DNA of 64,000 nt from Candidatus Oxydemutatoraceae bacterium (GTDB lineage: Bacteria > Pseudomonadota > Gammaproteobacteria > Poriferisulfidales > Oxydemutatoraceae): positions 896,001 through 960,000 of the forward strand of contig OZ244717.1 in the NCBI GenBank assembly GCA_965218975.1, given 5' to 3'. Positions 1 through 9,477 of the stretch are shown one piece after another. Numbering within the stretch: the stretch's first letter is position 1; the number at the start of each line of letters is the position of its first letter. Below the pieces are notes generated by a model that had not been told where the DNA came from, made no database searches, and was given only the letters and a program-made list of their open reading frames with translations. The translations under genes were made by a program, and so were the position numbers.

Positions 1-254
1 ATGCGGTATCGTTGAAAGATTGCGGCAGACATAGTTATATTATCTATCCGATGTGGCGACACCGCTACGCGCCGGGTGTTGTCGAAAATATCGAATATAT
101 GTTTCAATTGGAATTGGATACCGCACAGGATATTATTTTGGATTCTCGCGAACATAAGGAGTACCGTTGGTTAAGTCGGCAAGCTGCGTTGGAACTGATT
201 TATTCTTATACGAATCGGGTTGCGATTGAACGTTTGTATGCACCGGAGACTTGA
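1..254 (+). CDS. nudB: Dihydroneopterin triphosphate diphosphatase (NUDIX), 5'-truncated by the window edge
   Basis: WRHRYAPGV..N.E..F and EH.EYRWL motifs of the NudB C-terminus; sits directly upstream of yebC-ruvC. Confidence 0.8.
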   Translation, partial: AVSLKDCGRHSYIIYPMWRHRYAPGVVENIEYMFQLELDTAQDIILDSREHKEYRWLSRQAALELIYSYTNRVAIERLYAPET

Positions 255-263
255 GGGACGATC

Positions 264-998
264 ATGGCCGGCCACAGCAAGTGGGCAAATATTCAGCATC
301 GAAAAAAAACGCAAGATACCAAGCGTGGGAAATTGTTCACGCGATTGATTCGGGAAATTACCGTTGCGGCGCGTCTTGCGGGGTGCGATCCGGACAGTAA
401 CCCGCGTTTGCGTTTGGCAATGGACAAAGCCCTATCCTCTAATATGAGTAAAGATACGATTGAACGTGCGATTAAGCGTGGTGCCGGCGACCCGGAAGGA
501 CAAGTTTATGAAAACATTCGTTATGAAGGATATGGCGTCGGCGGTGTCGCAATTTTAGTAGAGTGTCTGACTGATAATCGCAATCGAACAGTCGCTGAAG
601 TCCGGTTCGTATTTAACAAGCATGGAGGTAATTTGGGCGAAACGGGTTCGGTGGCATACTTGTTTAAGCAATATGGCGTATTGAATTTTACGCATATCAA
701 CGAGGATGCTTTACTTGAGGTCGCGCTTGAAGCGGGCGCTTATGATGTTGTTTCGGCACAAGGAAATGCCGAAGTGTTGACTGCGCCGGAGGAGCTGCTT
801 ATCGTTAAAGAGGCGGTTATACAAGCGAAATTTATTCCGCAGAGTTTTGGCGTTGAGATGCGTCCTGAAAGTTATTTGGAACCGAATGAGGATACTAGTA
901 TCCGGTTAGTAAAACTATTGGATACGCTTGAAGAGCTTGACGATGTACAGAGTGTGTATTGCAACGCCGACCTGCGGGATGTTGCACTTGCCGAATGA
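264..998 (+). CDS. yebC: YebC/PmpR family protein
   Basis: MAGHSKWANIQHRK N-terminus, YEGYG, LTDNRNRT. Confidence 0.97.
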   Translation: MAGHSKWANIQHRKKTQDTKRGKLFTRLIREITVAARLAGCDPDSNPRLRLAMDKALSSNMSKDTIERAIKRGAGDPEGQVYENIRYEGYGVGGVAILVECLTDNRNRTVAEVRFVFNKHGGNLGETGSVAYLFKQYGVLNFTHINEDALLEVALEAGAYDVVSAQGNAEVLTAPEELLIVKEAVIQAKFIPQSFGVEMRPESYLEPNEDTSIRLVKLLDTLEELDDVQSVYCNADLRDVALAE

Positions 999-1501
999 AA
1001 ATGTCTTTGTTACGAGTGTTAGGTATTGACCCCGGGCTTGTGAGTACCGGTTATGCGGTGATTGAAGGTAATGGGCATGTCAGTCGCTTATGCGGCGCCG
1101 GAGCGCTGAGACTGTATGGTGAGATCGGCGAACGGTTAAAAATGATTTTTGAAGCCATTAGCGAAGTGATTGAAGAATATCAGCCACAGGAAATGGCGGT
1201 TGAAACGGTGTTCGTGCATAAGTCGGCATCCTCTGCATTAAAGCTCGGACATGCTCGCGGTGTGGTGATTTGTGCCGGAGTTCTCGCCGGACTGCCTACG
1301 CACGAATATAACACACGTTATATCAAGAAAGCGATTACCGGCAAGGGCAATGCTAATAAAGAGCAGATACGATTTATGACTGCCCGTTTGCTGCAAGTCG
1401 CCGCGACTGAAAGCGACGATGCCGCCGACGCGATGGCAATCGCCTTGTGCCATACTTTTGCTCAGTCGCGCAGTTTTAATTTGATGGAAGAATTGAAATG
1501 A
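995..1501 (+). CDS. ruvC: Holliday junction resolvase RuvC
   Basis: LGIDPG, E.VFV, KLGHARG, DDAADA.AIALCH; start placed at ATG 995 (alternative 1001). Confidence 0.95.
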   Translation: MKMSLLRVLGIDPGLVSTGYAVIEGNGHVSRLCGAGALRLYGEIGERLKMIFEAISEVIEEYQPQEMAVETVFVHKSASSALKLGHARGVVICAGVLAGLPTHEYNTRYIKKAITGKGNANKEQIRFMTARLLQVAATESDDAADAMAIALCHTFAQSRSFNLMEELK

Positions 1502-2106
1502 TTGCCCGTATAAGCGGCGAACTGATTATTAAGCAACCGCCTTTTTTATTGGTAGATGTTCATGGAGTCGGATATGAAATGCAGGCGCCGATGTCTACTT
1601 TTTATCAATTGCCCGATATCGGTCAGGCTGTTACATTGCTAACGTATTTTGTCGTTCGCGAAGATGCGCATATTCTCTATGCGTTTTTATCCGAACATGA
1701 GCGGAGTTTATTCCGCGAGATACTGAAAATCAGCGGTATCGGCGCCAAAATCGCGCTGACGCTTTTATCGGGAATGGATGTCGGGGTTTTTAAAGAATGC
1801 ATCATCGCGCAAGACATTGAAGCATTGGTGCGTTTACCGGGCATCGGGCGTAAGACAGCCGAACGGTTGATTGTTGAAATGAAAAACCGTCTGGCAGGTG
1901 ATTTTTGGCAAAAGCTATCGCCGGGGTTAAGTGGCGAACCTCGGGACCACGGTCGTGAAGCGGTTCAAGCATTGGTTTCTTTGGGATATAAGGCTTCCGA
2001 AGCAAAGCGTTTGGTGCGACAGGCAATTGATAACGGCGGCGGGCAAGATGACGTTGAAGTCACTATTCGCAGCGCTTTGAAGCTCAGTTTGGGGCAAGTG
2101 CGTTAG
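1498..2106 (+). CDS. ruvA: Holliday junction branch migration protein RuvA
   Basis: DVHGVGYE, VVREDA, HhH motifs SGIGAK and LPGIGRKTAERL. Confidence 0.97.
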   Translation: MIARISGELIIKQPPFLLVDVHGVGYEMQAPMSTFYQLPDIGQAVTLLTYFVVREDAHILYAFLSEHERSLFREILKISGIGAKIALTLLSGMDVGVFKECIIAQDIEALVRLPGIGRKTAERLIVEMKNRLAGDFWQKLSPGLSGEPRDHGREAVQALVSLGYKASEAKRLVRQAIDNGGGQDDVEVTIRSALKLSLGQVR

Positions 2107-2147
2107 AATAATAGCGCGGAGCAATTAATTCGGTCGTAAATTCGGAT

Positions 2148-3185
2148 ATGAATCCTATGCTTGATTCGAACAAAAAAGAAGATGAAGCGCACTTTGACGT
2201 GCGCATTCGCCCTAAACGGCTATCCGAATATATCGGGCAACAAGTGGTGCGCGAACAGGTGGAAATTTTCATTCGCGCGGCTTGTCAACGCAAAGAAGCT
2301 TTGGATCATGTGCTAATTTTCGGACCTCCGGGCTTGGGTAAGACGACGCTCGCACATATTATTGCGAACGAAATGAATGCTAATCTGCGTCAAACGGCGG
2401 GACCGGTGCTTGAGAAAGCCGGTGATCTTGCGGCGATGCTAACCAACCTTGAACCGAATGACGTGCTGTTCGTTGATGAGATTCATCGTTTAAATCCGGT
2501 AATAGAAGAGATCTTATATCCGGCGCTAGAAGATTTTCAGTTGGATATAATGATCGGCGAAGGGCCTGCAGCACGTTCGATCAAGCTTGACTTGCCGCCT
2601 TTTACTCTTATCGGCGCGACTACTCGTGCCGGTCTGCTGACATCGCCGTTACGCGACCGTTTCGGTATTGTGCAGCGGTTGGGCTTTTATTCAGTAGAAG
2701 AAATTACCCAAATTGTGGTCCGCAGCGCTAGTATTTTGCAAGTGGTAATCGATGAGTGCGGCGCGGGTGAGATTGCGCGGCGTTCACGCGGCACACCGCG
2801 GATCGCCAATCGCCTGTTGCGTAGAGTGCGCGATTATGCGCAAGTGAAAGCACACGGTGCGATTGATCAAAGCATCGCACAGGATGCGCTTGGAATGTTA
2901 CAGGTCGATGTGAATGGCTTTGACGAAATGGACCGCCGATTGTTACTTGCGATTATTGAGAAATTTGCCGGCGGACCGGTGGGGGTTGATAGTCTTGCCG
3001 CCGTTATCGGCGAAGAACGCGGCACGATAGAAGACGTGATCGAACCATTTTTAATCCAAAGCGGTTTTTTGGTGCGTACCGCACGCGGGCGGTTTGCTTC
3101 TCCGTCGGCATGGCGTCATTTTGGACTTGAACCGCCGCCCGCGTCGCCTGCTGCGGAAATCAATCAAAACACGTTGTTTTCGTAG
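2148..3185 (+). CDS. ruvB: Holliday junction ATPase RuvB
   Basis: [42 protein letters not shown]. Confidence 0.98.
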   Translation: MNPMLDSNKKEDEAHFDVRIRPKRLSEYIGQQVVREQVEIFIRAACQRKEALDHVLIFGPPGLGKTTLAHIIANEMNANLRQTAGPVLEKAGDLAAMLTNLEPNDVLFVDEIHRLNPVIEEILYPALEDFQLDIMIGEGPAARSIKLDLPPFTLIGATTRAGLLTSPLRDRFGIVQRLGFYSVEEITQIVVRSASILQVVIDECGAGEIARRSRGTPRIANRLLRRVRDYAQVKAHGAIDQSIAQDALGMLQVDVNGFDEMDRRLLLAIIEKFAGGPVGVDSLAAVIGEERGTIEDVIEPFLIQSGFLVRTARGRFASPSAWRHFGLEPPPASPAAEINQNTLFS

Positions 3186-3195
3186 CTTGCGATTG

Positions 3196-3597
3196 ATGTT
3201 CGATTGGGAGATTTGAGTTTATTATGAAGATACTGATGCAAGTGGTATCGTGTATTATGCTAACTACCTTAAGTTTATGGAGCGTGCCGGAACCGGGTGG
3301 CTAAGAAATTTAGGCTATGACCCAAGATCGTTTATGTGGGAGAATAATTTGATATTCGTAGTAAAGTCAGTGCGGATTGATTATCTGAAATCAGCGTATT
3401 TTAACGGCACTTTGGAGGTACATACGCAAGTAACCGATACGGGAAAAGTGCATTCGGGTATGATGCAGGAAGTTACCCGCAAGCTTGATCTTCTAACAAC
3501 AGCAACGATGACGATTGTGTGCCCAAACCGTCATTCGTTCAAACCTTCGGCGTTGCCATCGGATTTATTGGGGGGACTGAGTCATGCAGCAAGCTGA
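3196..3597 (+). pseudogene. ybgC: YbgC acyl-CoA thioesterase with an in-frame TGA at codon 7
   Basis: ATG 3196 reads [30 protein letters not shown]. TGA at 3214-3216 falls where the Arg of RVYYEDTD is expected. The track ORF from 3250 lacks the EDTD motif. Position between ruvB and tolQ fits. Confidence 0.8.
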
Positions 3598-4267
3598 TAT
3601 GGATTTTTTTTACCTGTTGGCGAATGCCACACTGGTCGTGCAGTTAGTTATGTTATTGCTGTTGCTGATGTCAGTGGTTAGCTGGGCATACATTTTCAGC
3701 AAGTGGCGTGAATTAGCCAAAGCGAAGATATACGCGGATAGCTTCGAGAAACGCTTTTGGTCGGGTGCCGAGTTAAATCAACTGTACAATGAGTTAAGTG
3801 ATCATGAACGAGGTTTTGGGATCACGGCTATTTTTAACGCCGGATTCGCTGAATATATTCGTTTGCACCGGCAAAGAAAAGTGCTTGCCGAGAAGATTTT
3901 TGAGACGACAGTGCGTGCGATGAAAGTCGCTTGTTCGCGCGAGCGTGAAGCGCATGAGAGCCATTTGACTTTTCTTGCAACGGCAGGTTCAACCGCGCCG
4001 TATATCGGTTTGTTCGGTACGGTGTGGGGCATTATGAATGCTTTTTTGGCATTGCGTAATGTACAACAGGCGACTCTGTCGCTAGTAGCGCCGGGCATTG
4101 CCGAAGCATTGGTTGCAACAGCAATGGGTTTATTGGTGGCAATACCCGCTGTCATTGCTTACAATCGTTTTGCCGATCGAGTTGAGCGTATATCCGCACG
4201 TTATAATAACTTTATTGAAGAACTAACGACTATTTTGAATAAACAAACATTTGGTCAGGACGGCTAG
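3584..4267 (+). CDS. tolQ: Tol-Pal system protein TolQ
   Basis: FEKRFWSG, STAPYIGLFGTVWGIM, VAPGIAEALVATA. Confidence 0.96.
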   Translation: MQQADMDFFYLLANATLVVQLVMLLLLLMSVVSWAYIFSKWRELAKAKIYADSFEKRFWSGAELNQLYNELSDHERGFGITAIFNAGFAEYIRLHRQRKVLAEKIFETTVRAMKVACSREREAHESHLTFLATAGSTAPYIGLFGTVWGIMNAFLALRNVQQATLSLVAPGIAEALVATAMGLLVAIPAVIAYNRFADRVERISARYNNFIEELTTILNKQTFGQDG

Positions 4268-4280
4268 CATATAAATATCG

Positions 4281-4694
4281 ATGCGCAAATTAATGGCGGA
4301 AATTAATGTGGTTCCTTACATTGACGTTATGTTGGTGCTGCTGATTATTTTCATGGTCACTGTACCGTTGATTCAGCAAGGAGTGGAAGTTGACTTGCCT
4401 AAGGCAACGGCAAAGACGATAGATTCGAGTGAGATACCTGATCCCTTGATTGTGACAGTGGATAGTCAGGGGCGCACTTTTTTAAACAAGGGACCGGCGG
4501 CAAACCAGCCGTTGGTGACCGGTAGCCTAATCAAGCAAGTTCGTCAGTTGCTATCCGGAACTCAAGGGGAAGTTTATGTTCGAGGTGATCGCACCGCCGA
4601 ATATGGTGATGTGATCGGTGTGATGGTCATTTTACAAAATGCCGGTGCCGATAGCATCGGTTTGATCACGCAACCGCTTGAGGATATTCAATAA
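4281..4694 (+). CDS. tolR: Tol-Pal system protein TolR
   Basis: AEINVVPYIDVMLVLLIIFMVT, VDLP, VRGD. Confidence 0.96.
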   Translation: MRKLMAEINVVPYIDVMLVLLIIFMVTVPLIQQGVEVDLPKATAKTIDSSEIPDPLIVTVDSQGRTFLNKGPAANQPLVTGSLIKQVRQLLSGTQGEVYVRGDRTAEYGDVIGVMVILQNAGADSIGLITQPLEDIQ

Positions 4695-4716
4695 ATAATG
4701 AATTGCGTTTAGTGAG

Positions 4717-5658
4717 ATGCTTGATAAACGAGGCCGACTCTTATCATCAATCTTAGCTTCGGCGAGTGCTCACTTTCTTGTTATCGCATTCTTCGTTTCT
4801 GATGTAGTTTCTTGTACTACCAACCCTTATACGCCTGTTGGTTATGATCCGCCGGAATCGGAAATAGTTGCGGCAAAAGCGATTCCGCAAGCGGAGATTG
4901 ACGACATTTACAAACGTAAAGCTGAGCAAGAGCGACAGCGGCGCGAGGCTGAAGCACAAAGACAGCGTGAAGCCAAAGCGGCGGAAGAACGCAAACGGCG
5001 TCAATTGGAATTGGAAAAGCAACGGCACGAAGAACAGGAACGCGCTAAAAAAGCCAAGCATGAGGAGCTTCTGAGAGCAAAGCGTGAGGTAAAGATTCAG
5101 GCACAAAAAAAACAAGAAGAACTTCATCGTCAGCAAGCGCTTGAGTTTGAGCGGCAGCGTAAAGCGGAATCCGAAGAACGTCGCCGACGCGAAGAGCAAG
5201 CACAACGCGAACGCGAAGAGCAAGCACAACGCGAACGCGAAGAGCAAGCACAACGCGAACGCGAAGAGCAAGCACAACGCGAACGCGAAGAGCAAGCGCA
5301 ACGCGAAGAGCAAGTGCAACGCGAACGCGAAGAAGAGGCACGTAAGCGTGAGGCGGATGCTTTACATCAGCGTAGGATGATCGCTTGGCAGAGGCGATAT
5401 GTCAGCGATATTCGCCGCAGCATTGAGAAGAGATGGAGGAAACCGCGCACTAGTGTTCAAGGTGGTGATTGCGTTGTCAAAATAAGACAGGATGAAAGTG
5501 GTAAACTACTGGAGGTGAACGTTATTAGTTGTAGTGGCGATTTGCTTTATCGGCGCTCGGTTGAAGATGCTGTTTGGAAATCCGAACCGTTGCCGTTGCC
5601 GCCGTCCCCCGATGTATTTGAAAATGAAATTGAGATTACTTTTAGGCAACAATATTAA
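4717..5658 (+). CDS. tolA: Cell envelope integrity protein TolA
   Basis: N-terminal TM with S-x3-H, long E/R/Q/K helical region, TonB/TolA-like C-domain; gene order tolQ-tolR-x-tolB. Confidence 0.88.
   Translation: MLDKRGRLLSSILASASAHFLVIAFFVSDVVSCTTNPYTPVGYDPPESEIVAAKAIPQAEIDDIYKRKAEQERQRREAEAQRQREAKAAEERKRRQLELEKQRHEEQERAKKAKHEELLRAKREVKIQAQKKQEELHRQQALEFERQRKAESEERRRREEQAQREREEQAQREREEQAQREREEQAQREREEQAQREEQVQREREEEARKREADALHQRRMIAWQRRYVSDIRRSIEKRWRKPRTSVQGGDCVVKIRQDESGKLLEVNVISCSGDLLYRRSVEDAVWKSEPLPLPPSPDVFENEIEITFRQQY
5188..5331 (+). repeat. 24-bp tandem repeat in tolA (EEQAQRER), about 6 copies, one shortened to 18 bp
   Basis: gaagagcaagcacaacgcgaacgc at 5191, 5215, 5239, 5263; variants at 5287 and 5305. 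Confidence 0.92.
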
Positions 5659-5659
5659 A

Positions 5660-6958
5660 CTGCGTTATCGGCAAAATTGGCATCGCCGTTTCATATTGCC
5701 GGCGTTAATACTTTGTATATTGCATTCCTCCCTACAGGCGCAACTCAAAATTGAGGTGACCGAAGGCGTTGAAGACGGTGTGCCGATTAGTATTTTGCCA
5801 TTTCAAGTTGACACGCAAATTACTGATGGACGACGTGAATTTAATCAGATTATTGCCGCCGATTTAGCTTATAGCGGATTGTTTTCCGTAATACCGGATA
5901 ATTCGCAAATGTTGTCGATAGGGCAGATACCCGATTATAGTCAATGGCTAAACCGCGGCGTCGAAAAAATTGTTTTTGGCGCTATTGCGCGCAGAAAGGG
6001 TCTGCTTGAAGTGCGATTCGAATTGCACGATACGGTGCAACGCAGACGTTTGCTAGGGCAAGTAATCAATACCGCCGCATACGACAAGTCTGCCCACTAT
6101 ATCAGTGATGAAATCTATCGGGAACTGACCGGCGCCCCAAGTATATTTCAAACTCGCATTGCATTTGTCACTGCGCAGCGATTTGGCTGGCGGCGGCATC
6201 GATTTATTTTGTACGTTAGCGATGCCGATGGATACAACGCGACGCCGATTTTTATTTCCGACGCGCAGCTTATGTCACCGGCATGGTCGCCGGACCTGAA
6301 GAAGATTGCCTATGTATCGTATGAATCCGGGGACCCCGAAGTTGTTATTCAAACGCTTGCCAGCGCGGCGCGAGAAAACAGCGCCAAGCGCATTGGTTCT
6401 GCCGTAACTCCCGATTGGTCGTTTGACGGCACTCACTTGGTTTATGTTAGTTCCGCACACGGCGATCCGAATATTTACACTGTAAGGCTAAGCGATTGGT
6501 TGGTAACGCGCATTACTAGCCATCCGTCCATTGATACCGAACCGACATGGACACCGGAAGGCGCGATTATTTTCACCTCCGACCGTAGCGGTCAACCGCA
6601 ACTTTATCAGGTGCGCCCCGGCGATAAAACTTTGCAACGGCTCACTTACGACAATCATTATAATTCGGATGCCGATGTCTCCCCTGACGGTAAAAGCATG
6701 GTGTTTCTGAGTCGTCGCCGCGGCAATTATGTGTTAGTGATTCGGAATCTCACGACGGGCAAAGAAGTAGAGCTTGAGGAAAGTCTTGATATCGAGCGTC
6801 CTCGTTTTGCTGCCAACGGGCAGTTGATAGGTTATTTGACGGCAGATGGTACGTTAGGTATATTAACGATTGACGGTGCGTTCGGCAAACCGATACCGAT
6901 CACGGTTGCGGCGCAATTGCGTGGAATCGCATGGTCGCCGTTACCCGGAGCAAATTAG
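5660..6958 (+). CDS. tolB: Tol-Pal beta-propeller protein TolB; start uncertain (CTG 5660 or TTG 5696)
   Basis: Signal-like ILPALILCILHSSLQA, IIAADL..SG, PD40 repeats SPAWSPD, IDTEPTWTP, FTSDRSGQPQLY. Confidence 0.92.
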   Translation: MRYRQNWHRRFILPALILCILHSSLQAQLKIEVTEGVEDGVPISILPFQVDTQITDGRREFNQIIAADLAYSGLFSVIPDNSQMLSIGQIPDYSQWLNRGVEKIVFGAIARRKGLLEVRFELHDTVQRRRLLGQVINTAAYDKSAHYISDEIYRELTGAPSIFQTRIAFVTAQRFGWRRHRFILYVSDADGYNATPIFISDAQLMSPAWSPDLKKIAYVSYESGDPEVVIQTLASAARENSAKRIGSAVTPDWSFDGTHLVYVSSAHGDPNIYTVRLSDWLVTRITSHPSIDTEPTWTPEGAIIFTSDRSGQPQLYQVRPGDKTLQRLTYDNHYNSDADVSPDGKSMVFLSRRRGNYVLVIRNLTTGKEVELEESLDIERPRFAANGQLIGYLTADGTLGILTIDGAFGKPIPITVAAQLRGIAWSPLPGAN

Positions 6959-7926
6959 TGCGTTGCAGTCGATTCATTTATGGCGCCGGGTGCGTACTAG
7001 CATTAATTGCACTAACGACAAATGCGCAGCAACCGAATAAGCTTCTGGTCAAGACACTGACAGAAAACAGGGTTTTACGTGCCGAATTGCAAGAAATAAA
7101 AGCGCAAAATGAAGCGCTGAAAAGACAGCTTCACGATTTACGCACGCGGGATACGGCATCGTCGCGGCAACTACAGGAGTTGCGCGAGACTGTGGAACGA
7201 TTGAAGGCCGAGAATGAATCTGCCCGCAAGCAAAATGCGGAACTTCGCGAGCAAACGATGAGCTCGCAGGAGCTACAGGACCCGAGCAAACAAAACATTG
7301 ACTTGCAAGAGCGTATTCAATCTTTGAGCAAAGCGAATGACGCGTTGCTCGGGCAAGTTAAAACTTTGCAAGAAGCGAATTCCGAACTGTCCGCAGAGTT
7401 AAAAAAATTACGCGAACAAAACGTTCCTTTGAGCGAACCGAAGAAGCTTAAACCGCCCGAATCCTACGCACCCTCCGATAAAAAGCCAGATAAGAAGCCC
7501 GCTGCGGTAAAACCTAAAATACAACAGTTCCAAAGCGATGCGTCACTAAAAGAAACCGATGCGTATAACCGCGCGATGCAGTATTTGGGCAAAAATCCTA
7601 GCGCAGTGCGTAATGCGCTGGGTGAGTTTTTAGCAAAATACGGCAGCGGGCGTTATAGCGGCGAGGTAAATTTTTGGTTGGCAGAGTCATACTATGAAAC
7701 AGCGGAATATAAGGAGGCGGAACGGCATTATGAACGAGTTGTAAAAGACTTTCCCCAAAGCGATAAAATCAACGATGCCCGTCTTAAGTTGGCTTATATC
7801 TACTATGAAACCCGACAGTGGGGCCAGGCGCGTCAATCTTTGAGCCCGTTGTTGAAGTCGGAGGATAAACGTATCAGCCGCCTTGCCGAGAAAAGATTAC
7901 AACGGATGGAACGAGAAGGGCATTAA
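6958..7926 (+). CDS. cpoB: Cell division coordinator CpoB (YbgF) with extended coiled coil
   Basis: GTG 6958 overlaps the tolB stop; signal peptide, long coiled coil, C-terminal TPRs (FWLAESYY, FPQSDK..DARLKL); followed by queE. Confidence 0.8.
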   Translation: MRCSRFIYGAGCVLALIALTTNAQQPNKLLVKTLTENRVLRAELQEIKAQNEALKRQLHDLRTRDTASSRQLQELRETVERLKAENESARKQNAELREQTMSSQELQDPSKQNIDLQERIQSLSKANDALLGQVKTLQEANSELSAELKKLREQNVPLSEPKKLKPPESYAPSDKKPDKKPAAVKPKIQQFQSDASLKETDAYNRAMQYLGKNPSAVRNALGEFLAKYGSGRYSGEVNFWLAESYYETAEYKEAERHYERVVKDFPQSDKINDARLKLAYIYYETRQWGQARQSLSPLLKSEDKRISRLAEKRLQRMEREGH

Positions 7927-8597
7927 TGTCATTTGCCGATTCACGTCTTAAAATCACAGAAATTTTTTATTCAATACAAGGTGAAAGTGCAAGCATCGGT
8001 ATTCCGACGGTGTTCATTCGTCTAACCGGTTGCCCGCTGCGCTGTACCTGGTGCGATACCGAGTATGCGTTCACCGGTGGCGAATGGATGGCAGTACAAG
8101 CAATTTTGCATCAAGTTGCCGCATACCGCGCACAGCATGTTACAGTCACCGGCGGTGAACCGCTGGCGCAAAAGCACTGCCACGCTTTGCTTGTGGCCTT
8201 ATGTAATGAAGGTTATGTCGTTTCGCTTGAAACCAGTGGTGCGTTGGACATCGCGACGCTTGATAAGCGAGTGATTTGCGTTATGGACATTAAACCCCCC
8301 TCGTCGGGCGAAAGCGGCAAAAATCGTTATTCCAATATTGATCACCTTACCATGAAAGATCAGATTAAGTTTGTGATCGGAAATCGTGAAGATTATGAAT
8401 GGGCGCGCCAAGAGATATGTGACCGCGCTTTAGCCGAACATTGTCAGGTGCTTTTTTCTCCGGTAATACAACCTTCTTTCGCCATACCCAACCTGCTTGC
8501 AACGCAATTGGCAGAATGGGTATTGCAGGATCAACTACCTGTGCGGTTTCAAATACAGTTGCATAAGCTGCTTTGGGGTCATGCGCCCGGACGCTGA
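7926..8597 (+). CDS. queE: 7-carboxy-7-deazaguanine synthase (radical SAM)
   Basis: EIFYSIQGE, CPLRCTWCDT, VTGGEPL, Q.QLHK. Confidence 0.96.
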   Translation: MSFADSRLKITEIFYSIQGESASIGIPTVFIRLTGCPLRCTWCDTEYAFTGGEWMAVQAILHQVAAYRAQHVTVTGGEPLAQKHCHALLVALCNEGYVVSLETSGALDIATLDKRVICVMDIKPPSSGESGKNRYSNIDHLTMKDQIKFVIGNREDYEWARQEICDRALAEHCQVLFSPVIQPSFAIPNLLATQLAEWVLQDQLPVRFQIQLHKLLWGHAPGR

Positions 8598-8607
8598 ACG
8601 ACACGCC

Positions 8608-9324
8608 ATGTCCCGGCGGCAATTATCCGCAGCCGCAGCCGACAAAGCGGTCGTTTTGTTATCCGGCGGTATAGATTCCGCGACCGTGCTTGCGCATTCC
8701 ATTGCGCAAGGGCTATCAACATACGCATTGTCGTTTGATTATGGTCAGCGCCACAGCATTGAGCTTCAGGCAGCAAAGAACATTGCCGCGCGGATGCAAG
8801 CGGTGCGGCACCGAGTCATAAATCTGGACTTGGCGGCAATTACCGATTCGGCACTGACTGACACGGCGCAAACTATTCCGTCTGCGAGAACTTGTAATGA
8901 AATTCCCGCAACATACGTTCCCGGGCGGAACATAGTTTTTTTGTCGCTTGCAACCGCTTGGGCGAGTACGCTCGGCGCCAAGCATATTATGATTGGCGCC
9001 AATCAAGTTGACTATTCCGGGTATCCCGATTGTCGGGAGGATTTTCTCAACGCATTTCAGACCATGATCAATTACGGCACACGTCACGAGGCTCATGCCG
9101 CTATCGGCGCTGTCGATGGGATTCATGTTCAAGCGCCGTTACTGAATATGACGAAAGCGGAAATTATTCGCTACGGTATTCGCCTAGCGGTTGATTATGC
9201 GATGACTGTTTCTTGTTACCGCGCTGACCGCAATGCTCGCGCCTGCGGTGATTGCGACGCTTGTTATTTCCGTAAGCAAGGTTTTATTGCCGCCAACGTT
9301 CCGGACCCGACTCGTTATATCTGA
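8608..9324 (+). CDS. queC: 7-cyano-7-deazaguanine synthase
   Basis: LLSGGIDS, TYVPGRN, DYSGYPDCR, SCY...CGDCDAC; start moved to ATG 8608. Confidence 0.96.
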   Translation: MSRRQLSAAAADKAVVLLSGGIDSATVLAHSIAQGLSTYALSFDYGQRHSIELQAAKNIAARMQAVRHRVINLDLAAITDSALTDTAQTIPSARTCNEIPATYVPGRNIVFLSLATAWASTLGAKHIMIGANQVDYSGYPDCREDFLNAFQTMINYGTRHEAHAAIGAVDGIHVQAPLLNMTKAEIIRYGIRLAVDYAMTVSCYRADRNARACGDCDACYFRKQGFIAANVPDPTRYI

Positions 9325-9477
9325 CCGAGTTTAGAGCTTGTTTTACAATCGTTCGGCTGCCGGTTTAATGACAGGAGCCGTGCCGAAGTTTGTTTCTACA
9401 TTGCCAAAAGTATAATAATGCAACGGGTCCGTACAGTCGGCTCACCGAATGAATAAGTACTGTTATAATCCTCTTCT

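Noticed and set aside
3214-3216. TGA recoding (Trp/Gly/Sec)
   Set aside because: The expected residue is Arg, and TGA terminates neighbouring genes normally
4753-5380. Low-complexity ORFs overlapping tolA (LLFAFALC, VVLALRVR, SKHNANAK repeats)
   Set aside because: They are alternative frames of the 24-bp tolA tandem repeat
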